Below are positions 31,269 through 40,609 of a DNA stretch of 64,000 nucleotides, one piece after another. Position numbers and translations under genes: made by a program. How positions within the stretch are numbered: the first letter of the stretch is position 1; each line of letters opens with the position of its first letter. Where the stretch lies: assembly GCA_964454975.1 (NCBI GenBank), contig CAYVVD010000008.1, forward strand, positions 52,915 through 116,914. The letters run 5' to 3'. The stretch is from an uncultured Hyphomicrobiales bacterium (lineage in GTDB: Bacteria > Bacteroidota > Ignavibacteria > Kapaibacteriales > UBA2268). The notes below the pieces were generated by a model that had not been told where the DNA came from, did not search any database, and saw only the letters and a program-made list of their open reading frames with translations.

Positions 31269-32338
31269 CAGGAAAATTTGCTAATGAATTTTTTAACCCT
31301 TGTACTGGTTTTTATCAATCTGGAATTGTCAGCTTCTACTTCATAATTACTCGCACGGTTATCTTTTTCTAGATAATCAATAGCTATGTTCGCAATATTC
31401 CGTGCTGAATTACCTCCGTTTTGAAGTGGCTGGAGCTTCTTCAGGTCATTTATATCGAAATAAGAATACACTTCCTTGTTTAAGGCCAGCCCCGTATATA
31501 CGACGGTAGAATATTTGGTTATCAAAACCTTGCAATTGGCAATCATTTCGTGAGCGTTGCCTTCTGAGTAAACAAGTGCTCCGGGGGCATATGTATTTAT
31601 TTCCTTGGTTGCTCTTTCAACGTGTTCGTTTGGGTGCAGCTTGAATATCAATTGTCTGCCATTAGCTATTTCAACGGCTTCTTCGATGAATTTTTTCCTG
31701 TTCTCATACTTGAATGTTTCGCGGGAATCTGATGTAGCAACAAGTACGTAACCTTTGTGTGGGAAATTGTTGTCATAATATCGGGCGCAATTGTCGTAAT
31801 TAGGTATTCCTGTTACTCGCAGTTTGGATTCATCAACACCATTTTTAATGAACATCTCTTTATAACCTTCGGATGCTACGCAAAACAAGTCATAAGCATC
31901 GGAAAGGCCTGTAGCAGCAGTTCCGGCAATGTATCTTGGAATTCTCATCCACTTAACCATGTAATAACCGATATTCTTAGGATCGGTCATTCCTTCCTGG
32001 ACAAGGATTAATTTTTTATCAAGGGCATTCTCCGGTACAATCAGGTCGCTGCAGGTAAAAGCAAGGTCGTAATCGTTTGCAGTACCCATATAATCAATTT
32101 TCAGTCCGTGATTTTTCAGGTATTTTTCTGTGTTTTCCCTAAATGAACCCCCAAGGATAGAAAAATCCAGATATCCCTGCCTTGCCAGGTAGCGTATAAA
32201 TCCGTCGGCATAATACGGCGTAAAATAATGCTCGTAATCCTTCATATGCATTGATATCTGGTGCATCATGGAAGTTTGGTTTATGCTCCCGCATATAAAG
32301 AGGACTTTCTTTTTATTGCCCTTAAGCATTGTATCCAT
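31268..32338 (-). CDS. GT-B fold protein (PseG/SpsG-like UDP-sugar hydrolase or glycosyltransferase-like)
   Basis: 356-aa ORF with a two-Rossmann-like layout. It is the first gene of the operon. The assignment is by gene context and weak motifs only. Confidence 0.45.
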   Translation of the reverse strand: MDTMLKGNKKKVLFICGSINQTSMMHQISMHMKDYEHYFTPYYADGFIRYLARQGYLDFSILGGSFRENTEKYLKNHGLKIDYMGTANDYDLAFTCSDLIVPENALDKKLILVQEGMTDPKNIGYYMVKWMRIPRYIAGTAATGLSDAYDLFCVASEGYKEMFIKNGVDESKLRVTGIPNYDNCARYYDNNFPHKGYVLVATSDSRETFKYENRKKFIEEAVEIANGRQLIFKLHPNEHVERATKEINTYAPGALVYSEGNAHEMIANCKVLITKYSTVVYTGLALNKEVYSYFDINDLKKLQPLQNGGNSARNIANIAIDYLEKDNRASNYEVEADNSRLIKTSTRVKKFISKFS

Positions 32339-32683
32339 TAAATTTCAGACCTTTTATTTCAATTAATCCTGCAAAAATAAGCTTGATTAATGAATTGTAG
32401 ATGAAGATTGATAAAACTGCAGTTAACTACTGAAACAATTAATCTTCATTTTGTTCCGGGAAAATTTAGCAAAAATTAATCAAAGAGCAGGTTGTCCACA
32501 GGATTCCTTCTTTATATTCCATTTCTGATATTATTATCGCTTGTTTTCCACAATGCTATGTTAAGATACCTTTAAGAATGGCCGATTTATTAACCGTTAA
32601 TTAATATCGCTGACGCAATTATAATTAAATTATGATAATATTAACAATTTATCACATTTCGATTCATATACGTTAGAAACCAT

Positions 32684-34279
32684 ATGCCAAGACATTATTT
32701 TACTTTGTTGAAAATTTGTGAAGAGCTGAGAGAATTAACCGGCCTACAGGTAGCTGAGTGCTTCACTCAGGAGAAGGACACACTTGTAATCAGCTTCGGA
32801 AATGAAAATATTAAGCATCTCTTTTTTTCTGCTGACACAAAATTTCCATGTATTTTTATAAGGGACAAATTCAGTCGTGCCCGCATGAATACTCTTGACC
32901 TGCTACCATCAATTATTGGAGATTACCTGCAGGATGCAGGAATTGTTGAAGGGAACCGGTTGATAAAGCTCACATTCGTTCATACAATTGCCTATGCAGT
33001 ACTATTTGGTGGCGCAAAGAGTAATTTTTACGTCTGCGACTCAGAAAACCGCATTATTGATTCATTGAATGAAACGGCAAAAAACCGGGGGAATTTATTT
33101 GAGATACCCCGTCCGGGAAGTATTAACTTCACTGAATCACAGAAAATTTCAAAGCTAATATCCGGGCCACCATTAAATCTAGGTAAAGTATATGCAATCC
33201 CTTTTATGGAGAAGTTTGGAATAGACCACTCAGCATTGATTGATAAAATGACAGGAAAGGAAGTCGAAAGGATAATTAAGGCTGCAGGAGAATTTAAAGC
33301 TGATTGTCTCAAATCAGATGATTTCGGAATTTATAGTGATAATAACAAGCTGTTTATTTCACTCATTGATCAGGGAAATTTATATCAACCGGCGGGACGA
33401 TATGACTCCGCATCAAAAGCAGTACAACGCTGGTATGCAATGTCCCGTGCGGGAGCTGAGTTCAGGCCGGAAAAGCAAAAACTTGAGAAGATCATTGAGC
33501 GATTCATCAAAAAAGCTGAGGGTAATTTAAAAGCAGCAGAAAACAGGGAGATTAGCCTTGAGCGAGAGAGAAAATACAGGGAATACGGGACTATGCTGCT
33601 TGCAATGCCGAATCCCAGGGAAATGCCCGGGGATTTGATTGAGGCAAAAGATGAAGAAAGTAATATTATAAAGATTCCGACTAACAGCAAAAAGACGATA
33701 ATAGAAAACGGGGAAGAATATTTCCGAAAGGCAAAAAATACAAAGCGCGAATCAGAATTGCTTGAAGAGCGAATTCCCGGCATAGAAATAAAACTGAATA
33801 TAGCAAATACTATATTGAATAATCTTAATGAAGCTGGGACGCTCAAAGACCTGGAAAAAGTCAAAAAAAGAATTAGTGTAGAACTCGGAATTAAGATGGA
33901 AAACGAAGAACAAAGGCCTGAAAACAAATTCAGGCAATTCGAGCTTGAAGAAGGTTACATTTTGTATGTAGGAAAAAATGCCGCCAATAATGACGAGCTT
34001 ACAATCAGATTTGCAAAGCCAAACGACATCTGGTTGCATGCACGCGGCTCGGGCGGTTCTCATTGTGTGCTGCGAGGACCGGGCAAGGACAAGCCACCAA
34101 AGCATGTAATTAAAGCTGCGGCAGCCATCGCTGCATATTATTCACAGGCCCGTAACGCTGGCTACACACCGGTTGCATGGACATACAAGAAATACGTCCG
34201 TAAGCCAAAAGGCGCAAATACAGGCTCCGTTACAATATCACGCGAGGATGTTATTATGGTAGAGCCGGGGCTGCCATGA
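32684..34279 (+). CDS. NFACT-family RNA-binding protein (FbpA N-terminal domain plus C-terminal NFACT-R/DUF814; RqcH-like)
   Basis: N-terminal FbpA-like domain, central coiled-coil, and a C-terminal DUF814 region (YILYVGKNAANNDELT...HARGSGGSHCVL). Confidence 0.75.
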   Translation: MPRHYFTLLKICEELRELTGLQVAECFTQEKDTLVISFGNENIKHLFFSADTKFPCIFIRDKFSRARMNTLDLLPSIIGDYLQDAGIVEGNRLIKLTFVHTIAYAVLFGGAKSNFYVCDSENRIIDSLNETAKNRGNLFEIPRPGSINFTESQKISKLISGPPLNLGKVYAIPFMEKFGIDHSALIDKMTGKEVERIIKAAGEFKADCLKSDDFGIYSDNNKLFISLIDQGNLYQPAGRYDSASKAVQRWYAMSRAGAEFRPEKQKLEKIIERFIKKAEGNLKAAENREISLERERKYREYGTMLLAMPNPREMPGDLIEAKDEESNIIKIPTNSKKTIIENGEEYFRKAKNTKRESELLEERIPGIEIKLNIANTILNNLNEAGTLKDLEKVKKRISVELGIKMENEEQRPENKFRQFELEEGYILYVGKNAANNDELTIRFAKPNDIWLHARGSGGSHCVLRGPGKDKPPKHVIKAAAAIAAYYSQARNAGYTPVAWTYKKYVRKPKGANTGSVTISREDVIMVEPGLP

Positions 34280-34313
34280 TGGATATAATCAAAAATGTAG
34301 ATTATTTATTTCC

Positions 34314-35640
34314 CTAATATCTATTCTTCCAAAATCTTCTCAATCGCTTTGCAAACTCAGCTTCCCTGCCTTTGTCGCCGGGTTTGTAATAGCTTTTTAC
34401 TTCAAACTCTTCAGGGAAGTACTTAACATCAACCATTGCATCGGGATAGTCATGCGGATATTTGTATTCTTTACCGTAGCCTTCCTGTTTCATAAGGCGG
34501 GTAGGAGCGTTCCTCAGGTAGAGGGGAACTGTGGCTACGGGTGATTCTTTCATTTCTGCGGTTGAAGACATCAATGCATTGTAGGAAGCGTTTGATTTCT
34601 CACAGGAAGCGAGGTAAGTAACGCCCTGCGCAATATTTATTGCCGCCTCAGGAAGCCCTATTATCTCCACCGCACGAAATACTGAAACGGCAATTACAAG
34701 CGCCATAGAATCCGCATTGCCCACATCTTCACTTGCAAATATAACCATACGGCGGGCTATGAACTTAGGGTCTTCACCGGCTTCGAGCATCTTGGATAGC
34801 CAGAGCAATGCAGCGTCAGGGTCAGAGCCTCTCATTGATTTGATGAAAGCAGAGATATTGTCGTAGTGATTATCTCCTTTTTTATCGTACCGGGCATATT
34901 TCTGCTGGATTGCCTTTTCGGTCAAATCGCGTGTTATTAAGACTTTATCACCGGATTTATCTGCAAGGCGCAGCGACAACTCGATTGCATTCAGAGCTGT
35001 TCGGGCATCGCCACCCGCAATGTTAACCAGGAAATCTGTTGATTCAATTTCAATATTATGCTTAGAAAGGATAGCATCTTTTTCCAGAGCTTGGTTTATT
35101 ACTTTTACAATATCCTTATCCTTCAAAGGCAGCAGCCTGTAAACCTGGCAGCGGCTCAAAAGTGCAGGATTAACTTCAAATGAAGGATTTTCAGTTGTAG
35201 CGCCTACAATTATTATTTCCCCACTCTCAACAGCATGCAGAAATGCATCCTGCTGGGCTTTGTTAAAACGGTGTATCTCGTTCAATAAAAAGCAGAGTCC
35301 TCTTCCCTGAGCGGTTAAGAGAGCGTGCCTTATTAATTATTTCACGGACTTCTTTTACACCCGAATCAATTGCAGACATTCGCTCGAAGTTATAAGATGC
35401 CATTTCGGCAATCATAAGTGCAAATGTAGTTTTTCCTGTACCGGGCGGCCCCCAGAAGATAATAGAAGGGAATCTGCCGGATTCAAAAAATCTTCGCAGG
35501 GGCGCTCCTTTGGCTGTCAGATGCTCCTGGCCGAAAACATCGTCAAGTGATTTAGGTCGCATTCGCTCTGCAAGCGGAGCAAATTCAGGATTTACACCCT
35601 TGTTTTTAGTTCCGCCGGCTCCCGGGAATAATTCACTCAT
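34314..35640 (-). pseudogene. rarA: Replication-associated recombination protein A (RarA/MgsA AAA+ ATPase), split by a 1-nt frameshift inside the Walker B codons
   Basis: ORF 35263-35640 encodes the N-terminus with Walker A (GPPGTGKTT) and ends ...RTLLFIERDTPF*. ORF 34314-35285, in another frame, continues ...NEIHRFNKAQQDAFL. Deleting one A from GAACGAG near 35281 restores the canonical LLFIDEIHRFNK. Confidence 0.8.
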
Positions 35641-35729
35641 TTTAATTGTCTGTAAGTTCCTATTTAATATACAATTCAGCTATGAAATAATCGGTTAATA
35701 AGTCATTATTATATCAATATTTGTAAATA

Positions 35730-36881
35730 ATGAGCAAAGAAACAGCTGAATACAAAGATAAGTTATTTTCATTCAGGCATTTACTGCACAAGCATCCTGA
35801 ATTATCTCATAATGAGAAGGAGACAAAAAACAGAATAATTAACTTCTTAAAAGAATTCCCGCCTGATAATATTATTGAGAATATAGGCGGCTATGGTTTA
35901 GCAGCTGTTTATAATGGAATTGAACCGGGGCAGACTGTAGCTGTCCGCACGGATATGGATGCCCTGCCTATAGATGATAATATTGATAAAGAATATAAAT
36001 CAATTTATGATGACGCCGGCCACAAATGCGGCCATGACGGTCACATAGTTATGGTTAGCGGGCTTGCTCCACTGCTTTATAAAAAAAGAACAAGAACAGG
36101 AAGGGTTGTCCTTGTTTACCAGCCGGCCGAGGAAACAGGCGAAGGTGCTAACCTAATGCTTGCTGATGATAAGTTCAATGAAATTAATCCGGATTATTTC
36201 TTTGCACTTCACAACTTGCCGGGATTTAAAAAAGGAGATATCATTATTAGAAAAGGTGTGTTTGCATCTGCTTCGGTTGGGCTGACAATCAACTTAAAAG
36301 GCGCCACATCACATGCAGGAGAGCCTGTTTACGGAAGGAACCCGGCGCTTGCGGCATCCCAGATTGTACAGAGCCTCCTTTCAATTCCTACGATGAACAC
36401 TCCGCTGCACGAAGCTGCCCTGATAACACCTGTTCAGGTAAAAGTCGGACGGAAGGCATTCGGAACATCTGCAGGAGATGCGGAACTTATGTTTACTCTG
36501 CGTGCACATTCAGACAAAACATTGAAAAATATTTCTGTAATTGCACTTCAACAGGCAAAACGAATAGCGCATGTATATGATCTGGGTATAAGCACAATTT
36601 GGGTTGAGCGATTTGATGCTGTTAAGAATGATAAAGAATGTGTAAATATAATAAACGAGGCTGCGACAATGAATGGTCATAACTTAGAAGAGCTTGAACG
36701 GCCATTCCCCTGGTCTGAAGATTTTGGGTATTTCACCGGCAAGTTCAAGGGAGCATTGTTTGGGCTGGGAGCAGGGAAACATCACCCCGCGCTTCATAAC
36801 GACGATTATGATTTCCCGGATGAAATTATTCAGAACGGTATCAACATGTTCCACAAAATAATCAGGAATATCCTTGACTGA
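35730..36881 (+). CDS. M20D-family amidohydrolase (aminoacylase / hippurate hydrolase-like)
   Basis: 383-aa ORF with the M20 metal-binding His/Asp/Glu layout (HKCGHDGH, AEETGEGA). Confidence 0.8.
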   Translation: MSKETAEYKDKLFSFRHLLHKHPELSHNEKETKNRIINFLKEFPPDNIIENIGGYGLAAVYNGIEPGQTVAVRTDMDALPIDDNIDKEYKSIYDDAGHKCGHDGHIVMVSGLAPLLYKKRTRTGRVVLVYQPAEETGEGANLMLADDKFNEINPDYFFALHNLPGFKKGDIIIRKGVFASASVGLTINLKGATSHAGEPVYGRNPALAASQIVQSLLSIPTMNTPLHEAALITPVQVKVGRKAFGTSAGDAELMFTLRAHSDKTLKNISVIALQQAKRIAHVYDLGISTIWVERFDAVKNDKECVNIINEAATMNGHNLEELERPFPWSEDFGYFTGKFKGALFGLGAGKHHPALHNDDYDFPDEIIQNGINMFHKIIRNILD

Positions 36882-36921
36882 AGCAGCGTTTAACATAAAG
36901 AACAGGTTTTCATCTGATAAT

Positions 36922-38085
36922 ATGCTCTATACTTCGCATATAGAACTAAGCAAGAGCGCTTTGAATAACAACATTCGTTTCATGCGAGACCAGGTCTGCA
37001 GGGGCGCTAAGTATTCAATGGTAATAAAGGCAAATGCATATGGGCATGGGATTGAAGATCTGCTTCCGATGATAGAAGAAACCGGTGTTACTCATTTCTC
37101 AGTGTTCAGCATTGTCGAAGCAATGCGAGCCTACGAAGTAAAGCGCGACAGGTGCGAGCTAATGATTATGGGTTGGCTCGATTACGAAGGAATTGAATGG
37201 TGCATTGTTAATGATGTCTCGTTTTATGTTTTTACAATTGACAGGCTGCTGCAAGCTAATAAAGCTTCAAAATACTTAAAAAAGCCCGCTAAGATTCATT
37301 TAGAGCTGGAAACAGGAATGCATAGGACCGGTTTCAACGAAGAAGAACTCGACCAGGTTCTGCAAATTATCCATCTGAATCCTGAATGTTTTGAAGTTGA
37401 AGGATTATGCACTCACTTTGCGGGAGCTGAAACAATAACAAATTATGAAAGAGTAAAATCTCAGATTAAAGTTTTTGACAGATTGAGCAGCGAACTTTAT
37501 AACAAAGGAATCAAGCCCAAATACAGGCATACTGCATGCTCTGCTGCTGTACTAAATTATCCTGAAGCTGTAATGGATATGGTCAGGGTCGGGATTGCAA
37601 ATTATGGTTTCTGGCCAAGCGACGAACTTCGTATGTACAAGCTGCTCAATAAGGAGAAAAACGGCGAAGAACCTCTTGACCCGCTAAAACAAGTGCTAAC
37701 ATGGAAAAGCAAGGTAATGAGCATTAAGAGAGTTCCTTCAGGTGAGTATATCAGCTATGGCAAAACTTATCTGACAAACCGTGATAGTGTCATTGCTATA
37801 ATTCCCGTCGGTTATGGCTATGGCTTTACACGCAACCTGAGCAACATGGGGCATATACTTTTGCACGGCAAGCGCGTCCCGGTAATCGGCCTTGTAAATA
37901 TGAACATGATTGTAACGGATATTACTGACGTCGAAAACGTAAAAGAAGGTGATGAGGTTGTGCTCATCGGTTCCCAGGAAGGCAGGTCAATTTCTGTCAG
38001 TTCTTTTGCCGATATGACAAACAGCCTCAATTATGAACTTCTTACAAGGCTTCCGGCTCACATCCCACGTAAAATTGTAGATTGA
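36922..38085 (+). CDS. alr: Alanine racemase
   Basis: PLP-binding VIKANAYGHG motif and a C-terminal beta domain. The ATG at 36922 is preferred over the overlapping TTG at 36874. Confidence 0.88.
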   Translation: MLYTSHIELSKSALNNNIRFMRDQVCRGAKYSMVIKANAYGHGIEDLLPMIEETGVTHFSVFSIVEAMRAYEVKRDRCELMIMGWLDYEGIEWCIVNDVSFYVFTIDRLLQANKASKYLKKPAKIHLELETGMHRTGFNEEELDQVLQIIHLNPECFEVEGLCTHFAGAETITNYERVKSQIKVFDRLSSELYNKGIKPKYRHTACSAAVLNYPEAVMDMVRVGIANYGFWPSDELRMYKLLNKEKNGEEPLDPLKQVLTWKSKVMSIKRVPSGEYISYGKTYLTNRDSVIAIIPVGYGYGFTRNLSNMGHILLHGKRVPVIGLVNMNMIVTDITDVENVKEGDEVVLIGSQEGRSISVSSFADMTNSLNYELLTRLPAHIPRKIVD

Positions 38086-38114
38086 AATAGAAAGTAGAAT
38101 TTGTATATTCCGCC

Positions 38115-39734
38115 ATGAAAAGCAGCAAGTGGAATATTATAATTATACTATCGCTGACTGTTTTTATTGCCTTCTTTATCAACCCTGTCTTAGAACTTCC
38201 ACTATATGACGACTGGTCCTTTTCAAAGCCCGTAAAAAATCTCACCGAGGGAGAGCCGCTCCAATTCACTGACTGGACTTCAATGAACCTGATTACCAAT
38301 GTATTATGGGGCTATCTGTTCACATTGCCCGATGGTTTTTCTTTTACGGCGCTGAGGATTTCTACAATTGCGATAGGGATAATTGGATTAGTTTTTTTCT
38401 ATTTACTGGCGGCCAAAGTTTTAAAAGATAAGCAAAAGGCTTTCCTTGCAACTTTATTTATATTGTTCAACCCGTATTTTCTCAGGTATCAATACAGTTT
38501 TAACACAGATGTTGTTTTTTTATCACTTGCTATTATATCTCTTTATTTCTTTAGCTTAAGTATTGAAAGAGACAAATTGATTTATTATCTCTCAGGGATT
38601 TTCTTTGCAATTGCTGCGACTCTAAGCCGGCAGCCGGGCCTTTTGATACCGCTTGTATTTGGAATTGCTTACCTGGTTGACAGAAAAATTACCCGAAGCA
38701 CATTAATCAAAGCAATCCTGCCAATTCTGTTAGTACTGTTGTCTTTGTTCCTGTACGCACGCTGGCTGGATAATATGTCTATCGCTCCAAAGCTTATGGA
38801 TGCGGGCTTCGAGCGAATAATTACTCTGTATTCGAGGGGAATAATTGATGCTCTCCTAACACTCGCAATGAATATTTTCAACACTACGTCATTTCTTGGT
38901 TTGTTCACTTTCCCTTTGCTGATATTAAATTTTAGCAAAATTTATCGCTGGCTGGAATCTCAGAAACCCTTGCATACTGTAATAATAATACTTGAAGTTT
39001 TTATAATATTTCCATTTGCGATTGATTTGATAATAGAGCGAAGCATCCCCTTTGTTTTCGAGTTTTTGCTGTTCCCACTGTTTGAGCCGGGAGTTTATCA
39101 CGATTCATTTAATTATGAGATTCAAAACGGATGGTATTCTGTCCCTCTTGCAGTATTGCTCTATTTCTCCTCTGTGTTAACAATATTAACTCTTATTGTT
39201 TACCTGAAAGAATTCAGTTCAATCAGGCAAAATAAATCGTTCATAATGATACTTCTTTTTGGATTAATTTACTCGGCGCTGATTATTAACACATACGTAT
39301 TTAATAAATACCTGATAGTTTCAATCCCTGCATTTGTACTAATGCTGCTTTATAATAAAAATACAAAGCAGGTGATTCTAATTACAGCTTTGTCAATCTT
39401 TGGGCTGGTTAGCGTATTATCTGCAGATACAAACCTAACAAGATACAAGGCGAGAGAAAATGTATTGAATATTTTGCTCAACGATAAAAAAGTGAAACCA
39501 AAAGAAATTGACGGCTGGGTTGAGTTTAATGCCTGGCATTTCTATGATTACGACTATGAGCCCAAAGAGAATAAAAGCTGGTACTGGGTGCAGGACGATA
39601 AATATAAAATACGCTTCAGGGAGGAAGAGGGCTACCGTTCTGTTTACTATATTGAATATGGTATATGGCTTCCACCATTCCGGGAAAGGTGCCATGCACT
39701 AAAAAGAATTGAGGATAAAGCCGATTCTGATTAA
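38115..39734 (+). CDS. GT-C fold membrane glycosyltransferase (ArnT/PMT-like)
   Basis: 539-aa ORF with ~12 TM helices. A first-loop DD motif (PLYDDWSF) is typical of ArnT/PMT-type GT-C enzymes. Confidence 0.65.
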   Translation: MKSSKWNIIIILSLTVFIAFFINPVLELPLYDDWSFSKPVKNLTEGEPLQFTDWTSMNLITNVLWGYLFTLPDGFSFTALRISTIAIGIIGLVFFYLLAAKVLKDKQKAFLATLFILFNPYFLRYQYSFNTDVVFLSLAIISLYFFSLSIERDKLIYYLSGIFFAIAATLSRQPGLLIPLVFGIAYLVDRKITRSTLIKAILPILLVLLSLFLYARWLDNMSIAPKLMDAGFERIITLYSRGIIDALLTLAMNIFNTTSFLGLFTFPLLILNFSKIYRWLESQKPLHTVIIILEVFIIFPFAIDLIIERSIPFVFEFLLFPLFEPGVYHDSFNYEIQNGWYSVPLAVLLYFSSVLTILTLIVYLKEFSSIRQNKSFIMILLFGLIYSALIINTYVFNKYLIVSIPAFVLMLLYNKNTKQVILITALSIFGLVSVLSADTNLTRYKARENVLNILLNDKKVKPKEIDGWVEFNAWHFYDYDYEPKENKSWYWVQDDKYKIRFREEEGYRSVYYIEYGIWLPPFRERCHALKRIEDKADSD

Positions 39735-39762
39735 ATTGCTTCTTTTGAAGCCGTTGGAATAA

Positions 39763-40542
39763 ATGAATCTGTTTTTTGCCGCTATAGGCCGTAAAATACT
39801 CAACTTTTTTGCTGAATTTGGCCAGATTACAATTCTTGCCTACCGGACCGGTAAATATTTCAGTAGAATATTCCGCGACCGCAAACTCGTACTTGAACAA
39901 ATGGCAATAGTCGGTTCTGATTCGTTGCCCCTGGTTGTATTAATTGGCACTTTCACCGGGGCTATTGCAGCGCTCCAGGCGACAAACCTCTTCGATAAAT
40001 TCAACCTGATTAACATTGCTAAGCCCTTCATCGGCTCATCTATTGCCACGGTTGTTTTCACTGAACTTACGCCTGTGCTAACTGCGCTGATTATCGCAGG
40101 ACGTGTTGGTGGTGCAATGGCAGCACAGATTGGTACGATGAAAGTGACCGAACAGATTGACGCTCTTGAAATGATGGCGATTGACAAACACAGGTTCCTT
40201 GGTATGCCTCGTGCTATTGCTGCGCTGACAATGATGCCCCTGCTTGCAGTATTTTCCAATGTTGTAGCCTTAATAGGCGGCTACGTTCTGACCTCGATAA
40301 AGTTTAATTTTCCCAGCTACCTTTTCTTTGATTCTGTTCAGAACTTCTTCGAACCCTGGGAAATCACCCTCGGCCTTATAAAATCATTCGTATTCGGAGG
40401 TGTAACGGCGCTTATTGGCGTTCATGTAGGTTTTTCAACAACGGGTGGCGCCGAGGGCGTTGGCAATAGTACAGTCCGCTCATTTACGCTCTCAGCTTCC
40501 GCAATTCTTATACTTGACGCATTATTCGGTTATATTTTCTAA
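39763..40542 (+). CDS. mlaE: MlaE-family ABC transporter permease
   Basis: 259-aa ORF with MlaE/Ttg2B permease topology and motifs. Confidence 0.8.
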   Translation: MNLFFAAIGRKILNFFAEFGQITILAYRTGKYFSRIFRDRKLVLEQMAIVGSDSLPLVVLIGTFTGAIAALQATNLFDKFNLINIAKPFIGSSIATVVFTELTPVLTALIIAGRVGGAMAAQIGTMKVTEQIDALEMMAIDKHRFLGMPRAIAALTMMPLLAVFSNVVALIGGYVLTSIKFNFPSYLFFDSVQNFFEPWEITLGLIKSFVFGGVTALIGVHVGFSTTGGAEGVGNSTVRSFTLSASAILILDALFGYIF

Positions 40543-40609
40543 AATCATTACATATTTAGAATCTCTAAAAATCCTTATCTTTCTTTTTTGTCCACCAATC
40601 AAATGCAAA

